Assembly: GCF_964355755.1 (NCBI RefSeq)
Contig: NC_092672.1
Span: forward strand, 682,001-746,000
Reading direction: 5' to 3'
DNA from: Antedon mediterranea
Taxonomy: Eukaryota > Animalia > Echinodermata
Length of the DNA stretch: 64,000 nt
Shown: positions 24,936-51,500 of the stretch, one piece after another
Layout of the letters: the number at the start of each line of letters is the position of its first letter
How positions within the stretch are numbered: position 1 is the stretch's first letter
The notes under the pieces: model-generated
Told to the model about the DNA's origin: nothing
What the model saw: only the letters and a program-made list of their open reading frames with translations
The model's database searches: none
Translations under genes and position numbers: made by a program

Positions 24936-26532
24936 TAACATGTTATTTGTAAAAAGTAATTTCTCTATTAATTGGCTCTAATGAGAGATAATTATTTGTA
25001 ACCAAAAGCAGACAAAATATTTAATTTATTATTATTATTAATATCAAGCAACATGTACATCAATAAATTAAAGAAAAAGTTCAATTTTATGTTATTAGAC
25101 TATAACCATTTAAACTATAAAGTTTGTATCAGACTAAGGGGTTATTTTAAGTCCAAATAATGAAATTATACCGTAAGATGAAAGATTCTAAAAAGATGGA
25201 GAGCTGTTGGGCAGTGTGTACTTAATTATGTACAACTGTGAGTGTTTAGCCGAGTCGAGATTAAGGTGAGGATTTACTTAAATCCCGCTGGATTGAACGC
25301 TAATTAGATGTTGTGTAACTAAGGAAAAGCCTCTATGATTTATGGTCCGTAATGTGCCACAGTTCTAATATACATAATCCTTCGTCTTTCCCACGTGATG
25401 TTATAAGCACGTACTTAGTTGATGGATGCCAACTGACTTTAGCTCATAATTATTAGATGAGAATTTGGTTTAACTTAATATTTCTGTTCATATCTGGTCA
25501 TGTTGCGCACATTCTTTAAAGCTAATTTTTTTAGATTTTGATTTTGATTTTGATTTTGATTTAAACGTAATTAGAGAATTGTATCTAAATTCTCAGCAGA
25601 TATCCATATAATAACTGCTTTTATGTGATGTTTAACAACTTTTATCAGGGTTTGTTACAATGTATTTTACAGTACTTAACCATAATTATTATCCATCCCC
25701 TTTCCCTCCCCCCTCCCCCCCAAAAAACAAGAATTATTTTGAAAATTTGAACAATCCATTCCATTCTGAATTTATTTTTATTTTTTAATTTTTTTATTTG
25801 GTTGCTTAAAATTTTGAGATTATTTATTTCAGATTATAAAAGACACTAATAGAAATAAACTCCTAAGCTTTTGTGTTATTAATCTTGGAAAGTCTTCTAA
25901 AAAAGTATTTTTGGTAGTAGTTTTAATTAAGTAATGTGATCCTTTTGTACCAATTGTTTAAAATGTCCACATTTAGTATTCTGTGTAATATAGTTTGTGC
26001 CATTTCACTCGTAAATATTCATTATCTGTATACAATGCCTGTGCGTTTTTATATCCAGACATGACTGTATGTTTAAGTCTTATGACATAAAACAAAACAT
26101 GAATGTTATTTGCTCCTCATTTTATAATCGCATTTTATTGTGTGCTTGCATCGATTAATACCAATTAATGCTTCTATATTTACTCCCAATGGCCAAAGTG
26201 TATATGTTAACTAGTTAATTATTATTAAAGTGCCTTCTACAATGAGATGTTAGTGTTGCCTTACCTTTATATTAACAAATTAACTTTTAAACCACAATGT
26301 ACGTGTAAATCTCTGTCTACACTATCAAATTTTATGTGACACAAATTGTGATGTGCCCATATATGGACATGATGATGTCATATCACCACCATATTTGGGC
26401 ATATCACTACCATATTTGTAGACAGGGCTTAAGTTTAATCATAATGAAAGCATTTTTATTTTAGCTACATTTTTTTTTTTATAATTTACAGAACTTCTCT
26501 TTTGTACAGTTAAAACTGAAATTTAGTCTTAA

Positions 26533-27158
26533 AGACCCCTTCCCTGCAATTTTGGACGTTTTTTGGAAAATAATACATATATATCACTTTAAAAACATTA
26601 AACCATGTCATTTCTTGTCTTAAATGTACGTTTTATGGTAAATTATGATAAAAAGTGAGAAACAATGCACTACCTAAGTAGCTCGCGGCGATCAACCTCT
26701 CGTGGACGGTCTTAGGCCTAGCCTAGCTAGGCTTAGTTTTGTAGGCCTATCTGGTAAACATCGGTAACGTACGAACATCGTACGCGAGCTATATACCTAG
26801 CCTGACGTTGTATAGTTGCTGCATTAATTGTCTTTCTATTTTTGCCAGACTCCGTTGATACAAATTGGGGAAAACCCGGTATTTTCGCTGAAAAGTTAGG
26901 AGTCTTCCATTTGTTTTGGCCTCACGATCGATCGAAAAGTGGGCGAATTACAGGTGAAAAACAAAAATATCAATCCGCGCGCAATGCATTTTGGGATTTA
27001 TAGCGGGCCGCTATAATTATTAGAATCGACTTATTTTTCACATTTTTAACCGTTTAAAGACGAAAAAAGTTATCGCAATAGGACCATATAGTATTATTTT
27101 TACATTAAATATAGTTTGTGATCTTAAATTAGATCAAAAAAACGTAGGGAATGGGGCT
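26533..27158. mobile_element. Non-autonomous DNA transposon, Kolobok-like
   Basis: TTAA flanks (26529-32, 27159-62); imperfect TIR AGACCCCTTCCCTGC / GTAGGGAATGGGGCT; CpG-rich interior. Confidence 0.65.
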
Positions 27159-29629
27159 TTAAATGAATGATATTTTGAAGAGCAGTCAACATGTATTCAA
27201 TTCAAATGAACAGTCATATCTTTTTTCTTGTGTCAATAAAACAGTTTATTTATTAATCCATGTGAAAATCATAAATAATTCTTTTTTTACATCATACTGT
27301 AGCTTCTAGTATTTAACCTGTGTCACAAGATTTGCCTTTAATTTTACAGTTTTGTCTTATCTGCTAATTTCCAGTTATAAATTTGTATTTATTTATTTAT
27401 TTCACATTTGACAGCGGAAAATCAGCCACTAATAAAATGGATTAAAAATATTTAAAACAGTATAAAATATTTTAAAATATAAAAACTTCAAACAATATCA
27501 CATATCTTATTACAAAAACGTTGATAACTATAAAAAAAATAGTCAATGAAATTAGTTATAAATAATAAATTGTTATGCAGGAGGAAGAGGCATTCAGATT
27601 AATTTGGTGACGTATTACCTTGTGCTTAGTTTAAGTACGCACTTATTATGTAATGTTCCTGTCCAGAGATACCAATCATCAATTAGTAAGCATTGACTTA
27701 AGCCTTTTTTCTTTGAAATCTGTATGACTGTTGACGGAGAAACCTGTTGTGGAATGTGTTCAGCAAAAGGTAACGCAAAACGTCGTCACTATTTATTATT
27801 GACAAAATTCCTAGTAAAAGAGTAGGCCTACATGGTCAGTGGTTTGTACTACGGGAGAAAGGGGTGAGTAGGTGAGAACTGATTAAGATTGTCCAGTGAC
27901 ATCCTAGTAGGGAAGTAAGCCTACATGGTCAGTGGCATGTACTGTGGATAGTGGGGGAAGGTAAGAGGTGAGAAGGTGACAATTGATTGAGCTCCCTGTC
28001 TTTTAGCAGAATACAGTTTAGTAAGCCTACATGGTCAGGGACATGTACTGAGGATTGTGGGAGAAAGTAAGGGGTGAGCTTGGCTAACGTAGTAATACAT
28101 CTACCAAGTCAGGTGCATGTAGGCCTACTACTGTGAGGGGTGAGCTTGGCTAACGTAGTAATACACCTACCAAGTCAGGTGCGTGTAGGCCTACTACTGT
28201 GGTAGTTGGAAAGAATATGTACTGTAGGTCACAGCTATCCTAATTCTAAACTTTTTTTAAATTCAAATATACCACAAAGCATACTGAACTATAGGATTTT
28301 TTTATTAGGGAGTCCAACCCTCGATATCTTAAGTTCCCTCGAAAATACCACAAAAATCCTGGTTGTTTATAATTATGCCAGCAGTGCTAAAGTCTAACGA
28401 GAAATCTGAGAAAGATTTTAAATCGTTTATTAGTATTGTAGGTTGGGTTGACGATGCAATCGTGTCTCATCTTGAAGGTAGCACGCTTAAAAGATCGAAT
28501 ACCTACAGCTTGTTAACTAGGCTTTTAAAATATTGAGTTGATATATGCTCATAAGTTAGCCTCAGGATCTCTTCATTTCTGTCAAACCAGTATATATTTA
28601 TTTGTGTTGTTATACTGTACATCTATCTTTTAAATTACACATTTTTGATACTTAGTCTGATTAAACATAACTTTGTTTTTTTTTTATAAATATGGTAGTA
28701 ATATGCTTAAATATAGCGATATACCCAAATATGGTAGTGATATACCCAAATATGGTAGTGATATGACATCATGTCCATATATGGCCACATCACATTTTTT
28801 TGTCACAAAGTTAGAGCTTAGGTACTACTAACAGTGTACACCAAACTATTTATTATGATACTCCAATAATTTATTATAGTATTAATGTCAGTTACACTAT
28901 ATTATGTGAAATCATTTGTGGTAATCAATCCATCATCCATTAATTCAAAATTCTCCGCCTTTACTAAATGTTCTGATGACCCCTGCAACTATACAAATAT
29001 TCCATAACATGTGACTCTCCATATCCCATTAATTACACCCCATATTTCGTAACTAATTTGGTTTGTTTAATTATGATATTATTTTAATTAGATTAGAATT
29101 ATATTTTATTTACCTGGAAAATCATATTATTTTTGGCCTTGTATTTAAATACACTAAATTAATGCATAATTGAATTAATTAATTAATAATATTTGTAAAG
29201 ATCTAACCAAGGATGCGCACAAGGTTTTTAATAAAATAAAATAATTTGTTTATTCAGTTTAAACTTTCGTTGTTTTTTACTAGAAACCCATGAAATCTTA
29301 TAAATAATTTGGATTGTTTAATTATGGGAGCCTATGAGAAAGTAATATTGAAAAAATACAGAATTTTTTTATGAAATTCAGATTTTGTTTTGACAGAAAT
29401 TAATGGTAGAACTGTAGACCACAATGCCATCATTTTTAAATATTCATGTATTTGTGTTTCAACCGTTGCCATGGAAATACATAGCTTAACCTTACAGTTG
29501 TTTTAATTTCCATAATTTCAAAGTTTAATTAAAGGACTTAGTGTAGAGTCATCAATCTTAATGGCCGTTTTTCAACTTTCATTTCATTGTATGATATTAT
29601 TGATCAAATAAATTAATTTACAGTAACCA

Positions 29630-31340
29630 CCTGCCAAGATAGTAGGATGAACTTGTCAATACATTATGCCAAGATAGTAGAGCTAGCGTTGGATGAACTA
29701 GACAATGCATTATGTCAAGATAGAGCTAGCGTTGGATGAACTAGACAATGCATTATGTCAAGATAGAGCTAGCGTTGGATGAACTAGACAATGCATTATG
29801 CCAAGATAGTAGAGCTAGCGTTGGATGAACTAGACAATGCATTATGTCAAGATAGAGCTAGCGTTGGATGAACTAGACAATGCATTATGTCAAGATAGAG
29901 CTAGCGTTGGATGAACTAGACAATGCATTATGCCAAGATAGTAGAGCTAGCGTTGAATGAACTAGACAATGCATTATGCCAAGATAGAGCTAGCGTTGGA
30001 TGAACTAGACAATGCATTATGTCAAGATAGTAGAGCTAGCGTTGGATGAACTAGACAATGCATTATGTCAAGATAGAGCTAGCGTTGGATGAACTAGACA
30101 ATGCATTATGCCAAAATAGAGCTAGCATTGGATGAACTAGACAATGCATTATGTCAAGATAGTAGAGCAAGCGTTGGATGAACTAGACAATGCATTATGC
30201 CAAGATAGTAGAGCTAGCGTTGGATGAACTAGACAATGCATTATGCCAAGATAGAGCTAGCGTTGGATGAACTAGACAATGCATTATGCCAAGATAGAGC
30301 TAGCGTTGGATGAACTAGACAATGCATTATGTCAAGATAGAGCTAGCATTGGCTGAACTAGACAATGCATTATGCCAAGATAGAGCTAGCGTTGGATGAA
30401 CTAGACAATGCATTATGCCAAGATAGAGCAGCGTTGGATGAACTAGACAATGCATTATGTCAAGATAGTAGAGCTAGCGTTGGATGAACTAGACAATGCA
30501 TTATGTCAAGATAGTAGAGCTAGCGTTGGATGAACTAGACAATGCATTATGTCAAGATAGAGCTAGCGTTGGATGAACTAGACAATGCATTATGTCAAGA
30601 TAGTAGAGCTAGCGTTGGATGAACTAGACAATGCATTATGTCAAGATAGTAGAGCTAGCGTTGGATGAACTAGACAATGCATTATGTCAAGATAGTAGAG
30701 CTAGCGTTGGATAAACTAGACAATGCATTATGTCAAGATAGAGCTAGCGTTGGATGAACTAGACAATGCATTATGTCAAGATAGTAGAGCTAGCGTTGGA
30801 TGAACTAGACAATGCATTATGTCAAGATAGTAGAGCTAGCGTTGAATGAACTAGACAATGCATTATGCCAAGATAGAGCTAGCGTTGGATGAACTACTGT
30901 AGACAATGCATTATGTCAAGATAGTAGAGCTAGCGTTGGATGAACTAGACAATGCATTATGTCAAGATAGTAGAGCTAGCGTTGGCTGAACTAGACAATG
31001 CATTATGTCAAGATAGTAGAGCTAGCGTTGGATGAACTAGACAATGCATTATGTCAAGATAGTAGAGCTAGCGTTGGATGAACTAGACAATGAATTATGT
31101 CAAGATAGTAGAGCTAGCGTTGGATGAACTAGACAATGCATTATGCCAAGATGAGCAAGCGTTGGATGAACTAGACAATGCATTATGCCAAGATAGTAGA
31201 GCTAGCGTTGGATGAACTAGACAATGAATTATGTCAAGATAGTAGAGCTAGCGTTGGATGAACTAGACAATGCATTATGCCAAGATGAGCAAGCGTTGAC
31301 TGAACTAGACAATGCATTATGCCAAGATAGTTGAGGAGCT
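29630..31340. repeat. 43/46-bp minisatellite (~38 copies)
   Basis: Unit AGAGCTAGCGTTGGATGAACTAGACAATGCATTATGTCAAGAT, with or without an extra AGT. Confidence 0.97.
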
Positions 31341-31517
31341 AGTGTTAGACTGAACTTACTAGGGACTGTACTAGACAATTGACACGGGAATCGACCCAAT
31401 TTGCAAAACAAAATCTCAATTTATTTTATTTTCTGAAAAACCTTTCAGAACATTGGTTTCAACTCTATAGATGGTTGATTAACCCCCACCCCACCCCAGA
31501 AATAATTATTATGTAGT

Positions 31518-31745
31518 GGAGCTGTAGCTTTGTGGTTAACGTGCTTGCCTTCCAATCCCAAGGTCCAAGGTTCAATCCTGACCTAGTGCAAAGGTTGTAA
31601 CTCATGACTTTTCAACTTCACTCCCAAGCCTCAAAAGAGACTTAGTTTATAAGCACGATAAATTTGAAAATAGTTTATCCATCCTATAATTGCCGAGTTA
31701 CTCGCTGTTGGATGCGTATAAAATATAAAAAAAATATTAAAAAAT
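31518..31745 (+). mobile_element. tRNA-derived SINE
   Basis: A box TAGCTTTGTGG, B box GGTTCAATCC at tRNA-like spacing, non-tRNA body, A-rich tail. Confidence 0.65.
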
Positions 31746-32660
31746 ATGTTTTACATTCCTTTCACAAACCTTTTTTAATAGACTTCACCAAGGTTTTTTT
31801 TTGGTGACAAGTGCAATTCAAGTGTTTAGTCATATAGGCATGCATCCAAGTATTAGCAATAAGTAAGTCACAAGATAATTACTAATGATAGCGTCGAGTT
31901 CAAACTCGTCTTTGTCTAAATAATTCCGGTAAGCTTTTGGATTGAACCACAGACCTTGTTATTGTAAGAAATATTTTTAAAATTATTTGGAGTTTATAAT
32001 TTATAGGTCAAATATATTAATGTAAAGATAAGGTTTATCACAACCTGCAATGATATTTGTATGGTATTATTTACCTTGGAATCTATTGATTCAATTCCTT
32101 ATCACATCACATCATTTATTTCTGAATGAAACCATGATGGATTTGTAAGTAAAATACCAGCATTTTGTCCAATTTTTACAATAACAATGCAATATTTATT
32201 AGTATTTAGTTAATGTTTAGATAGTGTAGAACCAATAGTAAGTCATATTGTGTGTGTATTCAAATTGATTCAAGTAAAGCTGGCATAAAAGGCAAACAAA
32301 GCCAGTTGAAATCTGAAAGCTGTAAGGGGACGTCGTCGAGTCCAATTTGTGGATATGTGGTATTATTAATAGTGACCGACTTCACAGAATTCCAGGACAC
32401 TACTAACCTAGTCAGTTTTACTAACCTAGTCAGTTTCCTGTTGAGAGTTTAGGGCACTTTGTGTTGTTATGATATAACACTGTGTTTTAGTAGTGCCTAG
32501 TTAGTGCCTTGGATTTATATAGTAGCACTGTAGTACATTGTATAGCATGCCGCATTCATAGAGTATTATATTGACTATACCAGGCCTGGACTACAGTATA
32601 CTAAAGGAGGCTCAACAGTATATTTATATAAAGTGGTATTTTGGTAAAGTATTTTTTTTC

Positions 32661-32748
32661 TTAGTGACCTCAACACAATGTTAGTGACCTCAACATAATG
32701 TTAGTGACCTCAACACAATGTTAGTGACCTCAACACAATGTTAGTGAC
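32661..32748. repeat. 20-bp tandem repeat x4
   Basis: Unit TTAGTGACCTCAACACAATG. Confidence 0.9.
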
Positions 32749-33459
32749 ATAAGGTACTTTTAGGACATTATTTTGTTGGTGCTTGTTAATTATATTCTAT
32801 AGTGTACTATAGTACTACAGTATAAGCCATCTATATATATTGAGTAAATAATTAACAAATTTCCTTTGCTTATGTGTTATACTGTTAAGTGTATTTTGCT
32901 TACAAACTCCATAACACCAATTCTAATCAAAAGGTATCAGGTTGTCATCGTATAATGTTGGAAAACACATTATAAATAGGTTCAAATTTAATTTAAATAA
33001 ATGAAATAGATAAATAATATGGTAAAATCTATTTAGAATATGATATTCAATATGTTTTAAACTAATAAATGTGTATGACATTGAATTTTTTACCATGGGA
33101 AAATATTGTTTTGTATGACAAAATGGTGCTGTATCAATATATTGATGCTTTTTCCACACATTGTGTAAAAAAATCAAATTCTAGCACAATATTGTTTGAA
33201 TAAAATTCTCACCGTACAAAATGTTGCCTCTTAAAGATTGCATTCCTGTTAAAAAACAGTCGTAACAGCAGAAATATTACAATTATGAAACGACAATTCA
33301 TTTGTCCTATAAAAACTAAAATGCCATATTAAATTTATGGCTTGTGTTCTGAATTCAAAATAAGTGTATGCATTTATTTTTTACATTCCGCAAATTTATT
33401 ATTTTTACAGTCTTTTTAAACCATGATAATGATTGTAAAATCATTCATTTTTTTTACAG

Positions 33460-45480
<12,021 letters not shown>

Positions 45481-47065
45481 ATGTTTTCTGACTTTTATTT
45501 CAAGTGCTAAACATTGCATTATCAACAACCTCACATTCTCTAATCTATATATTGGAGGATATATGGAGTTATACTTTATATAAAGTTCATACTTTGTACA
45601 ATTTGAGACCAAACAAATATTGCTACAGTATATCATCTATATCTTATTGATGTGCATGAAGCATATTTGAGACCACCTGACAACTAGGATGTTTAAACAA
45701 ATTTATGAGGAATGCATCGTCTCCCGAGTTTCTTAATAAACGTTTAATGTATATATTTCTTTTGGGCATGCTGCAACTCTGAGCCTGTCTACCTTGTACA
45801 ATTTTAATAACAACTCATAAACTATTGTGGAAGTACAAACATGTTTTACGTTTGTATAAAATGTTTTAAATCATTAAAAAAACAACTTCTCAGCATTTTA
45901 CCAATATGCTGTGTGTATATAAGAAACATTTTTTATTTAAAAAAATCTTGGGGAATAAAGATTATTTTATCTCTAAATTTTGTAGAAATTTGCATGATGT
46001 AAATTACTCATTAAATACTGTATTTTGTAAAGATTTGTTTCTAAAACTTTACTGGTAATCAAGTTGAATGATTTTATGAATTTTGTAAGCATCACATAAT
46101 TTTTGAAGATTTTACTGGGTTTATGTTATTTTCTGTATTTTAAAATGTAAAGTAAATTGAATAAAATTGGGTTTCTATGGAAGCCTGTTCAAGTCACTCG
46201 TGTATCTGGCGGTCGCCACATAATAATCTCTTAAATTATAATTGAATAGTGTCTCGAACAGGCTTCCGTAGGTTTCTATAATAGGAAGTGGTTAATACAG
46301 GAATGAGGGTGTAGAGAACAGGTTGAATGGATTCCACAATTGTATTTGCCTCATGAATATTCATGAATCATGAGGTCGCACACCCAAAATAATTATTTTG
46401 TAAAAGACAAGGCAAACTTGTATCCATCAACTGTTTCTAGCAATTGATTAGATGAGATATTGAAAGGGTTAGCTTTATATAAAATGTATGAGGCAAGTAC
46501 AACCAACGAATATTAAGAGACAACTTTATAGGCCTACACTGGCCTATACTGTCTGCCTGTACACATTAGGATATGTATACAATGGCTACCAATTTTTGGA
46601 AGGCCCTTCAACTGTTAAGTTGCCTCTTTATTGGCAGAATGAGTGATTCACTTTGTATTTTATTTTTTAATATTCACTTGCATAAATTGATATACATAAT
46701 TATATCTGGGCAGTCAGCAATAAGAAAAGTTGAAAGCATTTTTTCAAAATTTGTTTCAATAAAGTTGAAAAGTTGTAGATCTATGATTTTGATTTGACAA
46801 GATCATCATGACGATAGACTTGTATGCAACGTAAGGATGTATACACAACACAAGTTGACCAATCACATCACGGATTGGATGACCAGTCGCTTGTGATTGG
46901 TCAAATTACCTGTGTTGCGTGTACACCCTTGCATTGTATGTCAGTAAAGAATCTTGTTTAAATTTTATTATTTTATTTTTATCATTTGCTGCTGCAGATT
47001 CAATAAATATAATTTAAAATAGCATAACGTGTTCTATGCAGGTTTTACTTAAATAAAATGTCCAA

Positions 47066-47940
47066 ATGCAATATATTATCATATATAGCAATATTATCGC
47101 ATAATAATTTAATTTTTTTTTGAAAATTGCCAAATTTCCAACCTTTTATTTTTCGACAAACTCGTTTCTGTGGCACTATAAGATGATGATAATGCAATAT
47201 ATGATCATATGTAGCAATATTATCGCATAATAATTGAATTTTAAAAACCTGATATTTTGGCTATTTTTCAAAAATTTCCAAATTTCCAACCTTTTATTTT
47301 TCGACAAAACTGGTTTCTATGGCACTATAAGATGATGATAATGCAATATGATCATATATAGCAATATTATCGCATAATAATTGAATTTAAAAAACCTGAT
47401 ATTTTGGTGATTTTTCGAAAAAATCCCTGTGTTGTTTTTTTTCAGGACGTTATGTGAGCCAAGTGAAAGGATGTTACTTTTGATATAAATGGTTACTATA
47501 GCATAATAAATATGCGCAGAGTCGACTAATGGGTTCTGCACATGTTTATTTTTTGATAGTAACCATTTATGTCAAAAAATAAAAGGGTCGAAAATCGGCC
47601 ATTTTTCAAAAATTTCCCTGTAGTGTACTATAGTACAGGGATTTTAATTGTTAATTGTGCTATAGTAACCAGTTTTATCAAAAAATAAAAAGGTTGAAAA
47701 TTTGCCATTTTTTTTGAAAAAATCCCTGTACTATAGTACAGAGAAATTTTTGAAAAATGGCCGATTTTCGACAAAACTGGTTTCTATGGCACTATAAGAT
47801 GATGATAATGCAATATATGATCATATATAGCAATATTATCGCATAATAATTGAATTTAAAAAACCTGATAATTTGGCTATTTTTCGTACTAATAGTACAG
47901 AGATTTTTTCAAAAATGGCCAAATTTCCAACCTTTTATTA
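47066..47940. repeat. Complex direct and inverted repeat block (~150-bp unit) between the CaMKK and MED21 3' ends
   Basis: GGCACTATAAGATGATGATAATGCAATAT...CCAACCTTTTATT repeated three to four times, with inverted partial copies at 47560-47740. Confidence 0.8.
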
Positions 47941-48501
47941 CTATTACTAACTATTAGATGATCCCATTTGGAGTATTTTTCATAAATAACTGTACATACA
48001 AGTTTAATTTCGACTTTATTGACATACTGCCAAAACATGCACTGTGTTTACAAAAATGCTAGTACATCTATAGTACATCTTTTGCCCAGTGGGTCTCCTC
48101 ATCACTGAGATTGAGTTCACTCTTTTGTTTTCTTTTCTTCCTGTGATGTCATAGTTCACTCTTGGGTTTTTTTTTCTCCCTATGATTTCAGAGTTCACTC
48201 TTTTTTCGTAAGCTCTATCTACACTATCAAACTGAGATATTGATGTTTTAGAGTTCACTATTGTGTTTTCTTTTCTTCCTTACAATGTTGGAGTTCACTT
48301 TTTCTTAGCTCTATCTACACTGTCAAACTTTATGTGACAACAAATTGTGATATGCCCATATATGGACACGATGACATCATATCATTGCCATATTTGGGCA
48401 CATCACACATTTGTTGTCAAACTAGCTTACGTATGTTTATGTCAGCGTTCTAGATATTGTGTTATTTTGTTGTATCATCGAATCATGGAATTTTCAATAA
48501 A

Positions 48502-51500
48502 TCAAAAACTTAAGTGATGCTGTACATTTTGTTCTTGTGTTTTTAATTGAGCTTCTGCAATGTCGCTCAAGGCCTGTTGAATTTGTAATAGCAATATTTC
48601 TCCTCGTCGGACAACGTCTCTCAATTTCTGGGCTGCATCTTCATTTTCTTCTTCCAACCTCCGCAAACTTGCATTCTGAATTAGAATACAAAAATCTGGT
48701 TTATTTTATATATACAGTAATAGCATGTAAAGTATCTTAGTTTATACAGTAATAGCATGTAAAGTATCTTAGTTTATACAGTAATAGCACGTAAAGTATC
48801 TTAGTTTATACAGTAATAGCATGTAAAGTATCTTAGTTTATACAGTAATAGCACGTAAAGTATCTTAGTTTATACAGTAATAGCACGTAAAGTATCTTAG
48901 TTTATACAGTAATAGCATGTAAAGTATCTTAGTTTATACAGTAATAGCACGTAAAGTATCTTAGTTTATACAGTAATAGCATGTAAAGTATCTTAGTTTA
49001 TACAGTAATAGCATGTAAAGTATCTTAGTTTATACAGTAATAGCATGTAAAGTATCTTAGTTTATACAGTAATAGCACGTAAAGTATCTTAGTTTATACA
49101 GTAATAGCACGTAAAGTATCTTAGTTTATACAGTAATAGCACGTAAAGTATCTTAGTTTATACAGTAATAGCACGTAAAGTATCTTAGTTTATACAGTAA
49201 TAGCACGTAAAGTATCTTAGTTTATACAGTAATAGCACGTAAAGTATCTTAGTTTATACAGTAATAGCACGTAAAGTATCTTAGTTTATACAGTAATAGC
49301 ATGTAAAGTATCTTAGTTTATACAGTAATAGCATGTAAAGTATCTTAGTTTATACAGTAATAGCATGTAAAGTATCTTAGTTTATACAGTAATAGCACGT
49401 AAAGTATCTTAGTTTATACAGTAATAGCACGTAAAGTATCTTAGTTTATACAGTAATAGCACGTAAAGTATCTTAGTTTATACAGTAAAATAGCATGTAA
49501 AGTATCTTAGTTTATACAGTAATAGCATGTAAAGTATCTTAGTTTATACAGTAATAGCATGTAAAGTATCTTAGTTTATACAGTAATAGCATGTAAAGTA
49601 TCTTAGTTATAGAATCACTTTAACCTTTGTCTACACTATCAAACAAAAAATGTGATGTCATATATGGACATGATGATGTCATATCACTACCATATTTGGG
49701 CATATCACACTATTTTTTGATAGCACTACTAAATGCTGGTTCTCCACTAAAAGCATGGTCCGTTCTTTCTTTTTGATTTTACAAGTTTTAAGCAAGAGTG
49801 TCAGAAAAGTTATTTAATGAATTCAAAATATGTCCATCTAGAAGAAGAATTGAGAAAAACATCCACAACGTCCAATCAAATGGTAGATATATGTATATAT
49901 GTATTATTTGTAATGTCAGTAATGTATGTTATCACTTTGTATGTATTTTTTATGATGATTTTCCTATTAAATTCAAATCAAAGCTATGCTTTACACACCT
50001 GAAGTTCTGTGGTAGATTCTTCACTTGGTAATGAATCTATTAATAGATCAATGTCTTTAGCAGTCCTGGCAATCAGTTGAGCAAATAGTAATGTTAGATC
50101 TTCTTGTTGTTGAGGTGCTACTCCAGATGGCTCTATTATAAGAGAAAAAAAAAACAGTTTATAAAACAATCCAGTATAGTAGGCCTACTTCTTTCATGTC
50201 CCATGTGATACATGCATACATGCCAAATTGGTGGTTGTTTTATTATCCCTGGAATTAAATTTTAACAGATTTTACATTCCCTGGATTTTATATATAAAAT
50301 GATGATTGAATTCATCATTTAATTTTCTGTATAATTTCAAGATTCAAAAATTGGTTTAATCCGCTTAAAACAGAAATTAATTTTGGTAATTATAATTAAG
50401 AACAATAAAACTACAAAGAAAAATACTTCAAATTGCGAAATGATTTATTAAAAGACAAGTGTAATATATCCTCACCTTGTTTTACTGTGCTCTGAAGTTT
50501 ACCCGGCGTTGCTGATTGCTGTAGTACACCAACACTGTTACAAAAATGATCAGCAAGCTAATAACAAAGTATAAATAATTATGAAATATGGTAAGCGAAT
50601 ACTAAGTAAAGAGTAGTGGGTTACTATTAGAGTAGTGGGTTACTTTAGTAAAAAGGTTCATCTGGATCACTGTATAGTATTTTGTCGAGGCCCCGACAAT
50701 CCCATTTGGGAAAACCTGAACGATCTATAGATGGCGCTATACCATATACGAGATCTAATGGTAACAAGTCCAAGTCACAGAGACTCACTCATGATTAAGC
50801 TGCGTCGTTGACCAGCGAAAGCTAGAGTAAAAAACGTAAGTTTACGAATTTTATTCGACTTTGGATCATCCAAAAGAAAATTTACTTAAAATAGTGGGTT
50901 ACTATTAGAGTAGCGGGTTACTAATTAGAGTAGCGGGTTACTAATTAGAGTAGCGGGTTACTATTAGAGTAGCGGGTTACTATTAGAGTAGCGGGTTACT
51001 ATTAGAGTAGCGGGTTACTATTAGAGTAGCGGGTTACTATTAGAGTAGCGGGTTACTATATTAGAGTAGCGGGTTACTATTAGAGTAGCGGGTTACTATT
51101 AGAGTAGCGGGTTACTATTAGAGTAGCGGGTTACTATTAGAGTAGCGGGTTACTATTACAGTAGCGGGTTACTATTAGAGTAGCGGGTTAATATTAGAGT
51201 AGTGGGTTACTATAGAGTAGCGGGTTACTATTAGAGTAGCGGGTTACTATTAGAGTAGCGGGTTACTATTACAGTAGCGGGTTACTATTAGAGTAGCGGG
51301 TTACTATTAGAGTAGTGGGTTACTATTAGAGTAGTGGGTTAATATTAGAGTAGCGGGGTTACTATTAGAGTAGCGGGTTACTATTAGAGTAGCGGGTTAC
51401 TATTAGAGTAGCGGGTTACTATTAGAGTAGCGGGTTACTATTAGAGTAGCGGGTTACTATTAGAGTAGCGGGTTACTATTAGAGTAGTGGGTTACTATTA

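Noticed and set aside
31518-31590. Possible tRNA genes here and at ~4905-5150
   Set aside because: A/B boxes are present but acceptor and anticodon stems cannot be paired; better explained as SINE heads.
32250-32650. Possible alternative coding first exon of CaMKK (TTTTG|GTAAAG at ~32643)
   Set aside because: Joining to 33460 creates an in-frame TGA; at most a non-coding exon, and not supportable from sequence alone.
33368-33459. N-terminus of the 235-aa ORF (MHLFFTF...)
   Set aside because: Intronic read-through upstream of the acceptor at 33459.
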